Made by a program: the position numbers and the translations under genes. A model generated the notes under the pieces. The model searched no databases, was not told where the DNA came from, and saw only the letters and a program-made list of their open reading frames with translations. From Octopus vulgaris (Eukaryota): a stretch of DNA of 64,000 bases. The stretch spans positions 200,322,001 to 200,386,000 of the forward strand of contig OX597815.1 in NCBI GenBank assembly GCA_951406725.2, in the 5' to 3' direction. Shown here piece after piece: positions 43,030 to 56,292 of this stretch (positions are counted from its first letter, which is position 1; each line of letters begins with the position of its first letter).

Positions 43030-44010
43030 TAAAAAGGAGAGGTGGCATATGCCTTCCAAATGGTGAAATGATGAAGGCAATTCAACCTCAATCCAGCTAT
43101 AAATACCTGGGAATACCTGAGGGAGAGGAAACAAAGCAACGGCAGGAAAGAAAGACAAGAGAGTAGCTGCGGCGAGTGAGAAAAATATTGTCTTCAAAGC
43201 TGAATGCCAGAAACATAATTTCGGTAATAAACTCGCACGCAGTCGTAGTAGTTCGGTATGGCGCTGGAATCCTAAAGTGGACAGAGGAGGGGCTAAAGGA
43301 GATGGACAGGAAGTCAAGAAAGCTCCTAACGATACATGGATCCCCGAGAAGACACTGATACCCTTATACGTTCCCGTGTGGATACTGATCCTACACATTA
43401 AGAAAATAAATGAAGGAAGAGGATTGATAAGTGTGGAGGACTGAGTGCATATCGAAGGAGCTTAATGAGATATCAAGCCCCAAAATAAGGAAACATTGCT
43501 GGTGGCAATTAGGAACGAGGGAGTATTAAAAACAGAGAAAAAAAACAGGATGAAGCACAAAATGAACATGAAGTGACTACGCAATTAGTTCTATGTAGAC
43601 GCAGTAAAAGTTGCAGGAAAAAATTGGAGACAATGCCTGATGAAAGGAACAGTAAAATAAAAAAGAAGAGAGACCGCGAGCACTATACTGGCAGCGCAAG
43701 ACCAAGCTTTGGCTGCAAACTGGAGGTTCAACCTTAAGAAATAACAAGAGTCTCTGTTGTGTCGCATCTGCAATAGAGTGGATGAAACCATTGCCCCCCC
43801 AGCCCACATCACGAACGAATGCCTCAAACTTGTCCAAAACCACTACAAAGAAAATAGAATACCTACAAAAATCAGCATTGCTTGGAACCGCAAGAATTCT
43901 TCTCAGGGTACTTGCAGCATGAACGGTAGCCAAATGTCCCCTTAATTTGCTGGCTGTGGACAGCTGACACTTTCCATCATACTCAGCAAAACAAGATGTG
44001 AGTTTTCCTA
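43030..44010 (+). mobile_element. R4/Dong family D, decayed and internally deleted
   Basis: YKYLGI, KLNARN..W..MDRKSRKLL, AAQDQAL, CRIC..ETI..H..C, LQKSALLGTARIL; (AAT)n upstream. Confidence 0.85.
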
Positions 44011-44028
44011 TAACAACAACAACAACAA

Positions 44029-44083
<55 letters not shown>

Positions 44084-44087
44084 GTTA

Positions 44088-44152
<65 letters not shown>

Positions 44153-44154
<2 letters not shown>

Positions 44155-44690
44155 GCCCTGATGCAATACCAGGCATTGACTCTCATGGTTTCTCCACTGA
44201 TTGGAAGTGTTATCCTGAACATTGTTTCGTCTCGGTATAAAAGATGGGCCACAGCAAATATTCTACTTAATACTACAGATTTGCTTGTCATTTCTTTGAT
44301 CATAACCCGTTGTTCACCTCCCTTAGTGACGGTATGTGCATATCTGATAACGAGCAGAAGTAGTGGGAGAGTATCATAGCCATGTATTGAGGGGAATTCT
44401 TTGGTATTTGGATAATTCACCTTTGGAAACATGGGTGTTTCGTTTAACATCCTTAAACAAACGTTATTCAGGGACTTTATGATCACGATGAACTACTCGA
44501 CCTGAAGAAAATTCTAACTGGGCCCACTTACAAGGTCATGTGCTGGTTATCCTGATACGAGATCACCATGTCGTGCACATATGGTTGTGGGGCATGTGCT
44601 GATGTACCATTATAACACGGGCAGTCATGATGGGTGGACTGGGCTTCGTATATTTTAGCGCAGCGTCAATTTGATGGCATGCACTGCCCC
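44153..44690 (-). mobile_element. Unclassified ~540-bp non-coding element with (AAT)n tail
   Basis: Discrete higher-complexity block between (GA)n and a 120-bp (AAT)n tract on the minus strand; no recognisable ORF. Confidence 0.5.
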
Positions 44691-44715
44691 CCCTCTCTCT
44701 CTCTCTCTCTCTCTC

Positions 44716-44760
<45 letters not shown>

Positions 44761-44780
44761 TATAATAATAATAATAATAT

Positions 44781-45025
44781 GAACTGCTCATATCCTACGC
44801 AAAATACTTTCTATGTAATCTCAAGGTTTAAAACAAACATTAAAAAAAAATTTTTTAATTTTTTTAAAATTTTTATTTTTTAAACATCCACTAGTACAAC
44901 ACAAAAACAACCAAATATATGGCACAGTAGGCATAACAACAACGTGAACTTCCAGCCTGTTGTCTCTTGAGGTCTCCGGGTGAGGCTTGGAGCCAATTTG
45001 TACAAATATAAAGCAAAAGTCAAAC

Positions 45026-45028
<3 letters not shown>
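44781..45028 (+). mobile_element. R4/Dong family B, 250-bp 3' end
   Basis: Matches 17608-17855; (AAT)n on both sides. Confidence 0.9.
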
Positions 45029-45121
<93 letters not shown>

Positions 45122-45439
45122 ATAGTAAAAAGATGAAAATAATAATATCAGTGATAATAATAATAACGAATGGAATCGGTTAGAATCTCCCTATGCCCTG
45201 ATAGTCGATACATCAAATGATGCTGTCACAATAAAAACACTGCTAATTGCATATTCTTTGGTCGTAGCTTACCATTTGTGCTTTCTTTTTAATGAGGCGC
45301 TGTTTCTGTCCCTCCATTACCACTTTTAGGCCCTTTTTTTCAATATCATACTTCCTGTTCAGTGCCTTGTATTTTTGCTCGCTTTTGAGTTTCCCGCTTC
45401 CCTTTTCGGTCTAAAGCATAAATGTGTTTCGAATGCATA

Positions 45440-46422
45440 TCTAACTTAGCACTTGAGAATGAATGAAACTGAAAATAGGTGGATAAAGAAAAGAATGCAA
45501 GGACAATTTCATAGGGATGTTGAAGATAAGATAGACAGAGAAAAAGATGGCTGTGGATGACTGAAACTGATTTTTCGAGCACCTTCCGGAGTATTGGATC
45601 GGTTCCAAGTAGTGCTGTTTTCTGCAAGTACTCCACACTTATTGCAGCGTCTATTGTATGTACTTTTCAAGATTTTTACTCACTTTTTTAGCGACCACAA
45701 CTGCTTAACCTCCCAAGTTACCCTGTCGGAAACGGAGGCTTTGACCTGTGTTGCCCAAGATTTGTGCTGCATTTAGAACCAATTACATCAAGTACAGAAT
45801 GGACAACACAGCCGAAAGTGGTAAGTGCAGAATTTTTGGACAAAATGGTGAAACTGTATGGCATATTACCAGAAAATACACGCCACTAGCCTAGAAAGAA
45901 TATAAGAGACGTCATGACAATGTAGTAAGTATTGCCCATTGGACACTTTGCAACAAGCATGGATTTGACAAAGCAAAAATATGGTACGAACACAAACCCG
46001 AAGGCATCATCTAAAATGAAAATGCAAAAATCTTGTGGGATTTTATGATTCAGTGCGACCATGAGATAGAGAATCGGAAACCAGACATAGTGCTAATTAA
46101 GAAAGAAAACAAACGATGTTGGATCATAGGTATAACATGCCCAAATGACAACAAAGTATATGATAAGGAAGAAGGAAAAGTCGCTAGATATGACAGGTTA
46201 GCTTGGGAGGTTAAGCAGTTGTGGTCGCTAAAAAAGTGAGTAAAAATCTTGAGAAGTACATACAATAGGTGCTGCAATAAGTGTGGAGTACTTGCAGAAA
46301 ACAGCACTACTTGCAACCGCTCCAATGCTCCGGAAGGTGCCCGAAAAATAAGGGGTGTTACCTTAGTTCACTGATAGTGAACAGCTGACACCGTAGTACA
46401 TCTCCAACGTTAGAGGCTGTGC
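45440..46422 (+). mobile_element. R4/Dong family E, decayed, with internal inverted duplication
   Basis: ETEAL..AQ, CRI..ETVWHI, RHD, WDF..RKPDIV, LQKTALL; degenerate (AAT/AAC)n tail. Confidence 0.85.
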
Positions 46423-47467
46423 AATGACAATAAACAACAACAATAACAATAATAATAATCAAAATAATAATAATAAGAATATTAATAATAATATGTGAGT
46501 GCGTGTGTGCATGTGTGTGTGTGAGTGTGTCAGTGTGGGTGATTTGTGTATATGATTTGAACGAGTAAAATAGCAGAAAGTAGTCAAAATGAGAGAGTTT
46601 TGAAACCGCACAGATATTTAGTAGTTTCAACAGTAATTCTTTCACGCAAACAAAAACTGCAGCTACAAAACAAGACGATGCTATCAAGGCCTTGTGGATA
46701 ATATAATTGAAATATATCACCAGCATATAGGGAATAAGAATTATTCTGATTAGTACTATGGTCGCCACATTCTTCAGCACTGGTGTGATTATACGAATCA
46801 TTTGCCAGAGAAAAATATATACAAGAGACAAGTAAAAAAAAAAAGAAAGGAAAAAATTGAAGAACGCTAGGATATGAGAAAATCCAAACTTCTGGACAAA
46901 GGTAAGGAAAACTGCTAACAACCAAATATACCACCTGATTGGCTCAGTGAAACGGAAGGATCTGAATCCCTAATAATAGCAAATCCGAAAACAAAGTCAT
47001 CGACAACATAAGTGTGACTTCTAAATCTTTAATCGCAGCAATACAGGAGCGAAAAACGCTTCTTCTCTACAGAAGAGTAAGTGTGTAGTGTATAGTCATA
47101 TGATGGTAATCACTTCCTGTGCAACAAAAGCATCAATGAATGATGTCGGAGGGTTAAGCCTATATGTTTTAAACAAGGAATATTGCTTTGATCTTATATC
47201 CACTTCTTATCTACTTTTTACTAACACACTTAACGAATATGTTACACGCCATAGTACTTGGATACAGGCTATATGGTGAAAAGTATTGAACAGTCATTTC
47301 TATATTCAAGTTATACGACAACGACGAAGGAAAAAAACAAAAGTGCCGCCTTTAGATTGTACACGAATTTACAAAATAACTTGGCATGAGAGGGGAATGA
47401 TAAAAAATACAAAGGCTGCAAGTAGAGGGAACAATTATAACATTAATACTATGTTAATTAAAGAAGT

Positions 47468-47781
47468 GTGGAGGTACATGGCCTAGTGGTTAGAGCAGCT
47501 GACTCGCGGTCGAGGAATCACGGCTTCGTATCTCAGACCGAGTGATGTGAGTGCTTATGAGCGAAACACCTAAGCTCCACGCGGTTCCGGCAGAAGATAA
47601 CGGCGAACTTCTGCTGACTATTTCGCTACAACTTTCTCTCTCTCTTTCCTCCTGCATCTAGTAGCCCACCTGTGACGGACCAGCATCCCGTTCAGGTGGG
47701 AACCTATACGCAAAGGAAACCCGGAAACTGGCCCTATGAGCCAGGCGCGACTCGAGAAGCAACGAACAACAAAACAACAAC
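47468..47781 (+). mobile_element. tRNA-Arg-headed SINE with a different body (OR2-like)
   Basis: Same head as OR1-like, (AAC)n tail, 12-bp TSD AATTAAAGAAGT. Confidence 0.82.
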
Positions 47782-47987
47782 AATTAAAGAAGTTTACACA
47801 AGAGAATTAAGGCAAAGTTATACTTACATTTTCTTCTGAATCAATGAAGATGTGGACGGAGTAGAGTCTGAGAATGAACGAAAAGGTTAGGAGGGAAGAA
47901 TGTATAAGTAAAGACAAACAGTTAGGTAGAAGACATCGTCGAAATTCTATTTGTGCCCCTTATAAGACATGTTTCCTTATGCACGAT

Positions 47988-48369
47988 GTGGAAGCACTCC
48001 GTCGGTTACGACGACGAGGGTTCCGGTTGATCCGATCAACGGAACAGCCTGCTCGTGAAATTAACGTGTAAGTGGCTGAGCACTCCACAGGCACGTGTAC
48101 CCTTAACGCAGTTCTCGGGGATATTCAGCGTGACACAGAGAGTGACAAGGCCGGCCCTTTGAAATACAGGTACAACAGAAACAGGAAGTAAGAGTGAGAG
48201 AAAGTTGTGGTGAAAGAGTACAGCAGGGATCGCCACCATCCCTGCCGGAGCCTCGTGGAGCTTTAGGTGTTTTCGCTCAATAAACACTCACAACGCCCGG
48301 TCTGGGAATCGAAACCGTGATCCTACGACCGCGAGTCCGCTGCCCTAACCAGTGGGCCATTGCGCCTCC
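47988..48369 (-). mobile_element. OR1-like SINE, young
   Basis: Reverse complement of the 28080 family; 14-bp TSD TCCTTATGCACGAT. Confidence 0.92.
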
Positions 48370-48536
48370 TTATGCACGATATAAATTAGCAGGAATGTAC
48401 ATAAAACTAAATATAATATTAAGTTCATTTAGAATATGCTGTCAACAATATTTCTCTGTGATTGAGAAATATTGTTGACAGAGCGGAACGATCTCGGCAA
48501 CACGGAACGATTATAAAATAACCTCTATGAATATAT

Positions 48537-48866
48537 TTTGATTTTTTATTTATGCGCCCTTTTCAAGCCTAGCCAGGCACATGGCCCCGGTTTCCTGGTT
48601 TCTATAGCCTATGTGTCCCCCACCCCCAGCTGGACAGAACGCCAGTCTATCGCAGCGTTGCTCAAGATACAGGAAGAAGGAGTGAAAGAAAGTTGTGGCG
48701 AAAGAGTACAACAGGGGTCGCCACCACCCCCTGTCGGAGCCTCGTGGAGCTTTAGGTGTTTTCGCTCAATACACACACACACACACAACGCCCGGTCTGG
48801 GAATCGAAACCGCGATCCTCCGACCGTGAGTCCGCTGCCCTAAACACTGGACCATTGTTCCTCCAC
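48537..48866 (-). mobile_element. tRNA-Arg-headed SINE, third body type
   Basis: OR1 head, then GCTGCGATAGACTGGCGTTCTGTCCAGC..GAAACCGGGG; 10-bp TSD ATGAATATAT. Confidence 0.82.
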
Positions 48867-49018
48867 ATGAATATATCTAGTGAAGAACAAAAGGGAAATT
48901 CAAAATCTGATTCAAACACTAACAACAACAAATCTACTATTTTTAAGGCTGCCTAAAATTAGGAAACGATCTTATATATAAGACTGATTTGAGAATAAAA
49001 TAAAATAAACTGAACTAA

Positions 49019-50881
49019 GATTGTGTTTTAGAATACCAGGCCTAAAATGATATGAGCGCAGATATACAGAATAATATCGAAGGAGTGCAGAGATCGAACT
49101 CGATTCAAAGGTGAGAATAAAGAATTCTGAACTGCGACAACAGGTAAATGTTTCCCACCTGAAGATACAGCTTGCTTATAGTTAAGGAGTATGTTCTATA
49201 TAATTACATCATATAATGATTTTCAAATTTTGTCATAAAACCAGTACCTGCTTTAACGCATGGCAGAGGATTAAAGGTAAAGTCGATTACGATGAAATTT
49301 GAAATCAGAACGTAAAACATTGGAAGATCTGTCATTAAAAAATTTGATCGACGTGTTAAGGATTATAGCAGATTGCTGCTTTTATAGCAATAGTAGTCCT
49401 TTGTATTATACACACAAGTTCTGAAATTTGGTGGAAGGGGCCTCATCCATTACCTCGAATTTAGTGCTCAACTGGTACTTATTTAATCAAACATGAAAGA
49501 TAAAAGGCAAAGTCGACCAGGGTTGGAAGTTGAATACAAAACGTAAAGCTGGGAAAAAGGCCACTTAATACGTTTCTACTCTAGGCACATGGCCCGAAAT
49601 TTTTCGGGAGGGGGACAGTCAATTAGATCGACCCCAGTATGCAACTAGATCTTAATTTATCAACTCCGAAAGGATGAAATGCAAAGAAGCCCTCGGCGGA
49701 ATTTGAACTCATAACGTAAAGACAGACGAAAAATGGCCACTTAATACTATGTGCGGCGTAGTAACGATTTTGGCAGTTCACCGTCTTAATATTGACTTTA
49801 AATTTTAGCATAAGGCCATCAAATTCGAGGGTAAATCGATTACTTCGTATCCAGTGTTCAACTTGTACCTATTTCATCGACCCCGGAAAGGGTTGAAAGA
49901 TCAATTCAACCTCAGTGGAATTTGAACTTCGAGCTAAAGACGGACAAAATGCTGCTAATTATTTTGCCCGGCGTGCTAACGGTTTTGCCAGCTTACTACC
50001 TTATTAAAAAGCTTTTGAATTAGTTTTAAGGGCACCTATATATTTTAGAAAATACGAAAACTAACCAAAACTAAAAGTCTTACAAAGCCGAACAGAAAGG
50101 AAGGAAAATAATATAAAGGCGAAAAGAAGGTTGAGAGAGATTCTTCGATAATTATAACAGGTCGAGTTAAAATTTATGCAAAATTCGAACAATTAAATGA
50201 AAACATAACGAGTAATTAATCACGGATCTCGAGTAATATGTGTATGCCTGTATATAAGTGCATATGTATATACATCTATATATATATACATGTGTGTGTC
50301 TGTGTATTGTGTTTGTGTGACTGTGTGTTTATCACACGTATCATATATTATTGAACTTATTTCGCAATGTTCCTTCACTCGTTAGACAACCCTCACCGAG
50401 CAACACAGTAATGGTACTGGTCTAAGAACATGAAAACTCACTTCAATACTTCTGTCATTAATATACGATCTATGCAACTTCAAAATTTTGAATTAACTCC
50501 TTCACTTTATACTTATCGCCTGCACTCTCGACAATAAACCATACAATTGTATGAGCACTACCCAATATTTTTACTGCTAACAAATCCACAACATGCCTCC
50601 TAATCCATTATCATTGTCATTTAATATGAAGTGTAGAACATCAATCTTATATATTTTACGCTATGTATTACTGCAGATTAAGATATGCTCACTTAAGCTT
50701 TTTCCCCCCGATTGTGTTTTAGAATACCAGGCCTAAAATGGTGGCGGGTAGGATATGGAGTAATATCGTAGCTGTGCAGAGATCGAACTCTTCAAACGTG
50801 AGAATAACGAATGCTAAACTGCAACAGCGAATAAAAGATTTCCCACTTGAAGATACAGCTTGCTTATAGTTAAGGAGTATG
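49019..50881 (+). repeat. ~173-bp direct repeat pair (49019-49193 and 50710-50881)
   Basis: Identical 31-bp and 34-bp ends, diverged middle. Confidence 0.9.
49217..50003 (-). mobile_element. Head-to-tail cluster of four Nin-domain-like SINEs of different ages
   Basis: Units at about 49217, 49400, 49570 and 49795, each with AAAGGCAAAGTCGAC / GGAATTTGAACTC-type motifs. Confidence 0.75.
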
Positions 50882-52051
50882 GACACATATTTGTATGTCA
50901 TTTTCGAATACGAACTGCATATTTATTTTCCTTTCCTTAGTTACTCTGAAATGTTATTTAACCTGATGTGTTTAATGTGAGCATTAACTATTTTTATTTA
51001 TACCTCTTCTACAATTCTTAACGAACAATTATAGATGGTTTTTGCTCTCTAATCTTTCTGTATGTTTTTGCCTCCAAATAGAAGTTAGTGGAATTGACTT
51101 GTTTTATAACAATTTCTATCAGCGTTAAAACATCGAAAAAAGAACCAACAAAAATTGTAAGAATGAAAAACAAAACAAAATCACTACGCAGAATATTAAA
51201 AAAAATACCCATCAGACCAGAAGCAGCAACGCTACCACGGTAATGATAATGATTAAAAAAATACAAAAACACAAAAATACACAAAAACACAAAATTATCT
51301 AGAAAGATATTGATTTACTAATAACCAATGAACTTTTTCTAGAATATAAATTACTTGTGTGTTTAACGTGGCAATTTTAAGTGTCACACTCATTTAGCAA
51401 ATAATAGAAAAAGCTAATTATTCAACTATCAAAACTTAAAAATAATTATTAATAAAAACAAAAATAATTTGCCCCTAATTTTAATGTGATAGAAAGTTCT
51501 AAGGATTGTCAGCTAGTTTCATGACTTAATTGAAAATAAATGAACACTTGGTCCATAAGGTTGAACAAAGGAGAGTCTACAACGCTTTCCCCTTCTTTAT
51601 GTAATATGATCTGAATGATGAAATGATATAATTTATTAACTCAGAATGAAACATTAAATTTTCGTCAGTAATTCATCGGTAATTATAAATATATCTTGGG
51701 GGGCAGCTTCATGTTGCCTGTTCGATTTATTTGTTTCACGTTCAATTCCAATAGAGGAAAACTCGGGCGAGTGTCTGCCGAAACAGACTTAAGTCTACCT
51801 AAAAAAATTTGTTTGTGAGAGAAATTAGATTGACGGGAGCATTAAAGAGAACAGTTTTATTGCCTCACCTGCTTTCTACTTCATCATTGAGTCTAAAAAT
51901 TATAACCTGTCCCGTGACTGTATTTAAGACATCTCATGCAAGCATTCGGTATATTTCTTCAAATCGATTGTAGCTTTCCCACATAATCTGAGTAATTGTG
52001 TACCCACAAAAACTATATATATAAAAAATTGATCAATATCTCTGAAATCCA

Positions 52052-52235
52052 ACATTGCTTGACAACCGAAGCTGGTGTGTTTGCATCCCCGTAGCTTAGC
52101 GATTCGGCAAAAGAGGCCGATAGAATAAGTACTAGGCTTACAAAGAATAAGTCCTGGGGTCGATTTGCTCGACTAAAGGCGGTGCTCCAGCATGGCCGCA
52201 GTCAAATGACTGAAACAAAACTGTATAAAAGAGAG
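52052..52235 (+). mobile_element. OK-like SINE, 3' half
   Basis: Matches 34237-34410. Confidence 0.85.
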
Positions 52236-52519
52236 AGTTTTGTTGAGGCTAAGATTCGTCTTCACCTGATAATTTCGTACACGAAATTATATTGTATTTT
52301 TTTTTCGTTTGTGTAATGTTTCTCTGCTTGTTTGTATACTTGTTCCATTGTTCACTCTTGTATAAGAAGAAAAAAAGACGAACTGATACTAAACATGTCA
52401 TTAGGTTAATATCAATGATCACAGAGATAAAAAGAATTTTAAAAAATTATTTTAATTAAATCTGTCAATTATAAACTTAGATGTAAACATACACAAACAC
52501 ACGCACACACACATACACA

Positions 52520-52900
52520 CATTTTATCTTCTACCGGTCAATCATTGGACTGCAGCCATATAATGGCAGTGATTTCAAGGAATTTGGTCGCACAAATCGT
52601 TCACCGTGCTCCGTTTTTTTTTTTATAGTCTAGTGCTAGTACTAGTACTTATTGTATCGTTTTTTTTTCCTTACGAAGTCGTCAAGTTATTGCAACATAA
52701 ACAAACCAACACTGGCAGTCAAGCAATGGTAGTGAAAAACATATGACAAACAAAATGATCTACATATAAATATATACATATACGGCGGGCTACTTTCATT
52801 TTCCGTCTACGAAATCCACTCTCAAAATGTTGCTAAACTATATGCTTTAAAAAGAAGATATTTGCCAAAAATGCAAGGAAATATATCTGAATTATGTGTT
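52520..52900 (-). mobile_element. OK-like SINE, old
   Basis: TACGGCGGGCTACTTTCATTTTCCGTCTAC..AAATCCACTC. Confidence 0.6.
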
Positions 52901-52905
52901 TGTAA

Positions 52906-52945
<40 letters not shown>

Positions 52946-53199
52946 CACGCGTATGCTACGTGTCAGGACATTTCACTTCGAGTATTCTGTGTTGAGTTTC
53001 AAATTTTGATCATTGGATCAATTTATGCATTATCAGGCTGACTTTCCTGGGTCATATTGCAAACAACTTACACCACATTAGGGATCATTTTGCTTCTTGA
53101 TGTACGGTCGGAAAAGAACCAACGTAATGTTTACATCTGAAGAATGTGAATCGTACGTTGAACCAGACATCACCAGAAGATTTAAGAGCTTGCACTAAG

Positions 53200-53312
53200 A
53201 CTTGAAGGCTCAGGGCGTCTTAGATTTAAAATTTTCAGAGGAGATTCCGTTTGAGAGTGGAGTAAAATGAGGCGTTATTCCTGCCCTCACGCTGTTATTC
53301 TTTGGTGTTCCA
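53200..53312 (+). pseudogene. Tiny LINE RT relic
   Basis: SEEIPFESGVK*GVIPALTLL resembles GVKQG..LAPTLF. Confidence 0.35.
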
Positions 53313-53462
53313 CTCACGCGTGCGTGATACGGGTGTCCTCATGCAGCTGAGAGCTACTAGAAGAATACACGCACGCATATACAGACTCACGCACAGAGAT
53401 ACCACACCACACACATATATAAATGACGGGCTAAATTCATTCACATAGTATTAGTTAGTACG

Positions 53463-53612
53463 AAGGCGGCGAGCTGGCTGAAACGTTAGCACGTCGGGCG
53501 AAATACCCAGCAGTACCAGTTACGCACTGGGGTCGATATAATCGACTTAATCCGTCTGTCTGTTCTTGTTTGTCCCCTCTGTGTTTAGCCCCTTGTGGGT
53601 AGTAAAGAAATA
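53463..53612 (+). mobile_element. Nin-family SINE with internal deletion
   Basis: Head AAGGCGGCGAGCTGGC joined to tail; ~16-bp TSD AGTATTRGTTAGTACG. Confidence 0.8.
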
Positions 53613-54687
53613 AGTATTGGTTAGTACGGAGTATAATATAAGACCCTTAAGGTGTAGTGCAGCGGGGTAGACCTGAAACCACGTAGTTTCTATGCAATGT
53701 CCTTTATCACAAAGACATGCCTACCCCTATCTATCATTCTAAACGCCTGTACTTATTTAAACATCAATACTATTTATTTAGTCAGTTTAAAAGTTTGTGT
53801 AATTCTGGTAAGAAATGGCAGAGTGGAAAATTTGTATAATACTAGATACAAAAAGAAAGAAAAAAATGTTTAGAAGAGATAAAAATTAAGAATTTCGTAA
53901 GTAACAGTTAATATTTTTGTGTAACTTTATTCAATTACAAGAACTTATTATTATTTATGGTTAATAGATCCTTGAAATATGTTTTTTTTTTTATCAAAAC
54001 CTTTTCAAACTAGTTTTCAATACCTTCTCAGTTGCATTGGTGTATTCGACACAGCAACAAAACTCTACAAATGCAAAAATGCGATTGCATACGACTAGAT
54101 CTCAATCGAATGTTGTTGAAAGAAATATAGTCCGTTCGAGGAAAGACAGTTTTTGCCCAGTTTTTGAGAATCTTTAATATGTTGATCGACCTGGTTTCAG
54201 TTTAGCAGAACTTAAATTGTTTTCAATAAATTTTTCTACTATTCAAGAACTAGTCGTATACTAAACAAATTTCCTTATAAAACAATTTGGAATGTCGTCA
54301 TTTTTTCCATTTTTTGTACTAATATATCTCGTTTCCTGCCTTTCTTAATATCTGTATGAACAGATATCAGAACCATTGTTACTTGTATATTATTTTTCGT
54401 ACATAGTTAAGATTTTTTGAGAAACACAATGTTTGCGCTCTGTTTCTATTTTTTTTGCTCCTTTTGTCTGATCTCCTTTGCCAGACAATTGGTAAATAAT
54501 GCATTTTTATGTCACGGTATATTCGTCGGAATATCTTTCTTTATCTCTCTACACATACATAGAGAGACACACACACATATAGATATTTCATTTATATAAA
54601 CACAATCAGCCACCCGCAAACACACACACACATACACACGCGCACACACATAAAATATTTGCTACTGATGATTATAACAAAGCCTTT

Positions 54688-55058
54688 GTGGAGGCGCAAT
54701 GGCCCAGTGGTTAGAGCAGCAGACTCGCGGTCATAGGATCGCGGTTTCGATTCCCAGACCGGGCGTTGTGAGTGTTTATTGAGCGAAAACACCGGCAGGG
54801 GATGGTGGTGATCCCTGCTGTACTCGTTCACCACAACTTTCTCTCACTCTTACTTCCTGTTTCTGTTGTACCTGTATTTCAAAGGGCCGGCCTTGTCACT
54901 CTCTGTGTCACGCTGAATATCCCCGAGAACTGCGTTAAGGGTACACGTGTCTGTGGAGTGCTCAGCCACTTACACGTTAATTTCACGAGCAGGCTGTTCC
55001 GTTGATTCGGATCAACCGGAAACCTCATCGTCGTAACCGACGGAGTGATTCCATTCCA
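54688..55058 (+). mobile_element. OR1-like SINE flanked by ~130-bp direct repeats
   Basis: Family match with a ~20-bp deletion; flanks 54551-54683 and 55058-55182. Confidence 0.9.
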
Positions 55059-55859
55059 CACATACATAGCGACACACACACACATATAGATATTTCATTT
55101 ATATAAACACAATCAGCCACCCACAAACACACACACACATACACACACATATAATATTTGCTACTGATGATTATAACAAAGCACACCAACATAATTTTCT
55201 CCTCGGACAGTTTCACAAGACCATTTGGTGAAAGGGTAACTATAATTGGTCTGAAACGATGCTATTCATAATGCTGCACAGAGGATACAGGAATAAGAGA
55301 AGAGAAGGAGAGAGTAAGACAGAGTGATATTGAAATCCCGTGACTGACCGTTTCTTATTATTTTCACCGAAATAAGGAAATACACGTTTGAACAGGGAGA
55401 GATTTGAACTCAGAGAGATTGATAAAAAATCGTAAACTTTCTTACTGATTCATCGTCCAACTGGCTTAAAACCATTCCCCAATAGTCATATGTGTATATA
55501 ATTATACAAATACACAGACTTCCATTTCAAAGACGTGTTATATATAATTTAATATTTCAAATTATGATTTTGGGCTTTTCTTCTTTCCAATAAATAAATA
55601 TTAGAATATACCTCGTCCATTATCACTTTCCATTTTACTCTACTTACAATAATATTTCCTTTATTTCTTTTAAAATTTTACATTAAATGCAAGACTAATA
55701 TACACTGTCTGCATCCAGTACTAAATCATGTTAGGAAAATATATAATCTACAAAAGATCAATATACCAATATTAATTGTATACAGCACGCACACACACAC
55801 ATACACACACGAATGAATATACATACATACATACATATATATACATATATATATATATA

Positions 55860-55898
55860 TGTATATATAAATGAATATGTATATATATATATAAATGA

Positions 55899-55954
<56 letters not shown>

Positions 55955-56091
55955 AAATGAATATGTATATATATATATATATATATAAATGAATATGTAT
56001 ATATATATACTTAAATGAATATATATATATATATATATATGTAAATGAATATATATATATATTTGTATATATATATATCTATATATATAAA

Positions 56092-56135
<44 letters not shown>

Positions 56136-56292
56136 TGTATATATATATATATACATAAATGAATATATATATATGTATATATATATATATGTAAATGAAT
56201 ATATATATATATATATTTGTATATATATATATCTATATATATAAATGAATATATATATATATATATATAAACATAAAGGAATATATATATAA
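55860..56292. repeat. Compound TAAATGAAT(AT)n minisatellite with higher-order duplication
   Basis: About ten TAAATGAATAT units; the block ATTTGTATATATATATATCT is repeated near 56061 and 56215. Confidence 0.85.

Noticed and set aside
47073-47076. 4-nt microexon-like AG|AAGA|GTAAGT, and acceptor-like sites at 33836 and near 36319
   Set aside because: Frame-shifting lengths or no matching donor; expected by chance.
49019-50881. Diversity-generating retroelement template/variable repeat pair
   Set aside because: Differences are not adenine-specific, include indels, and lie in no ORF; the nearby RTs are LINE-type.
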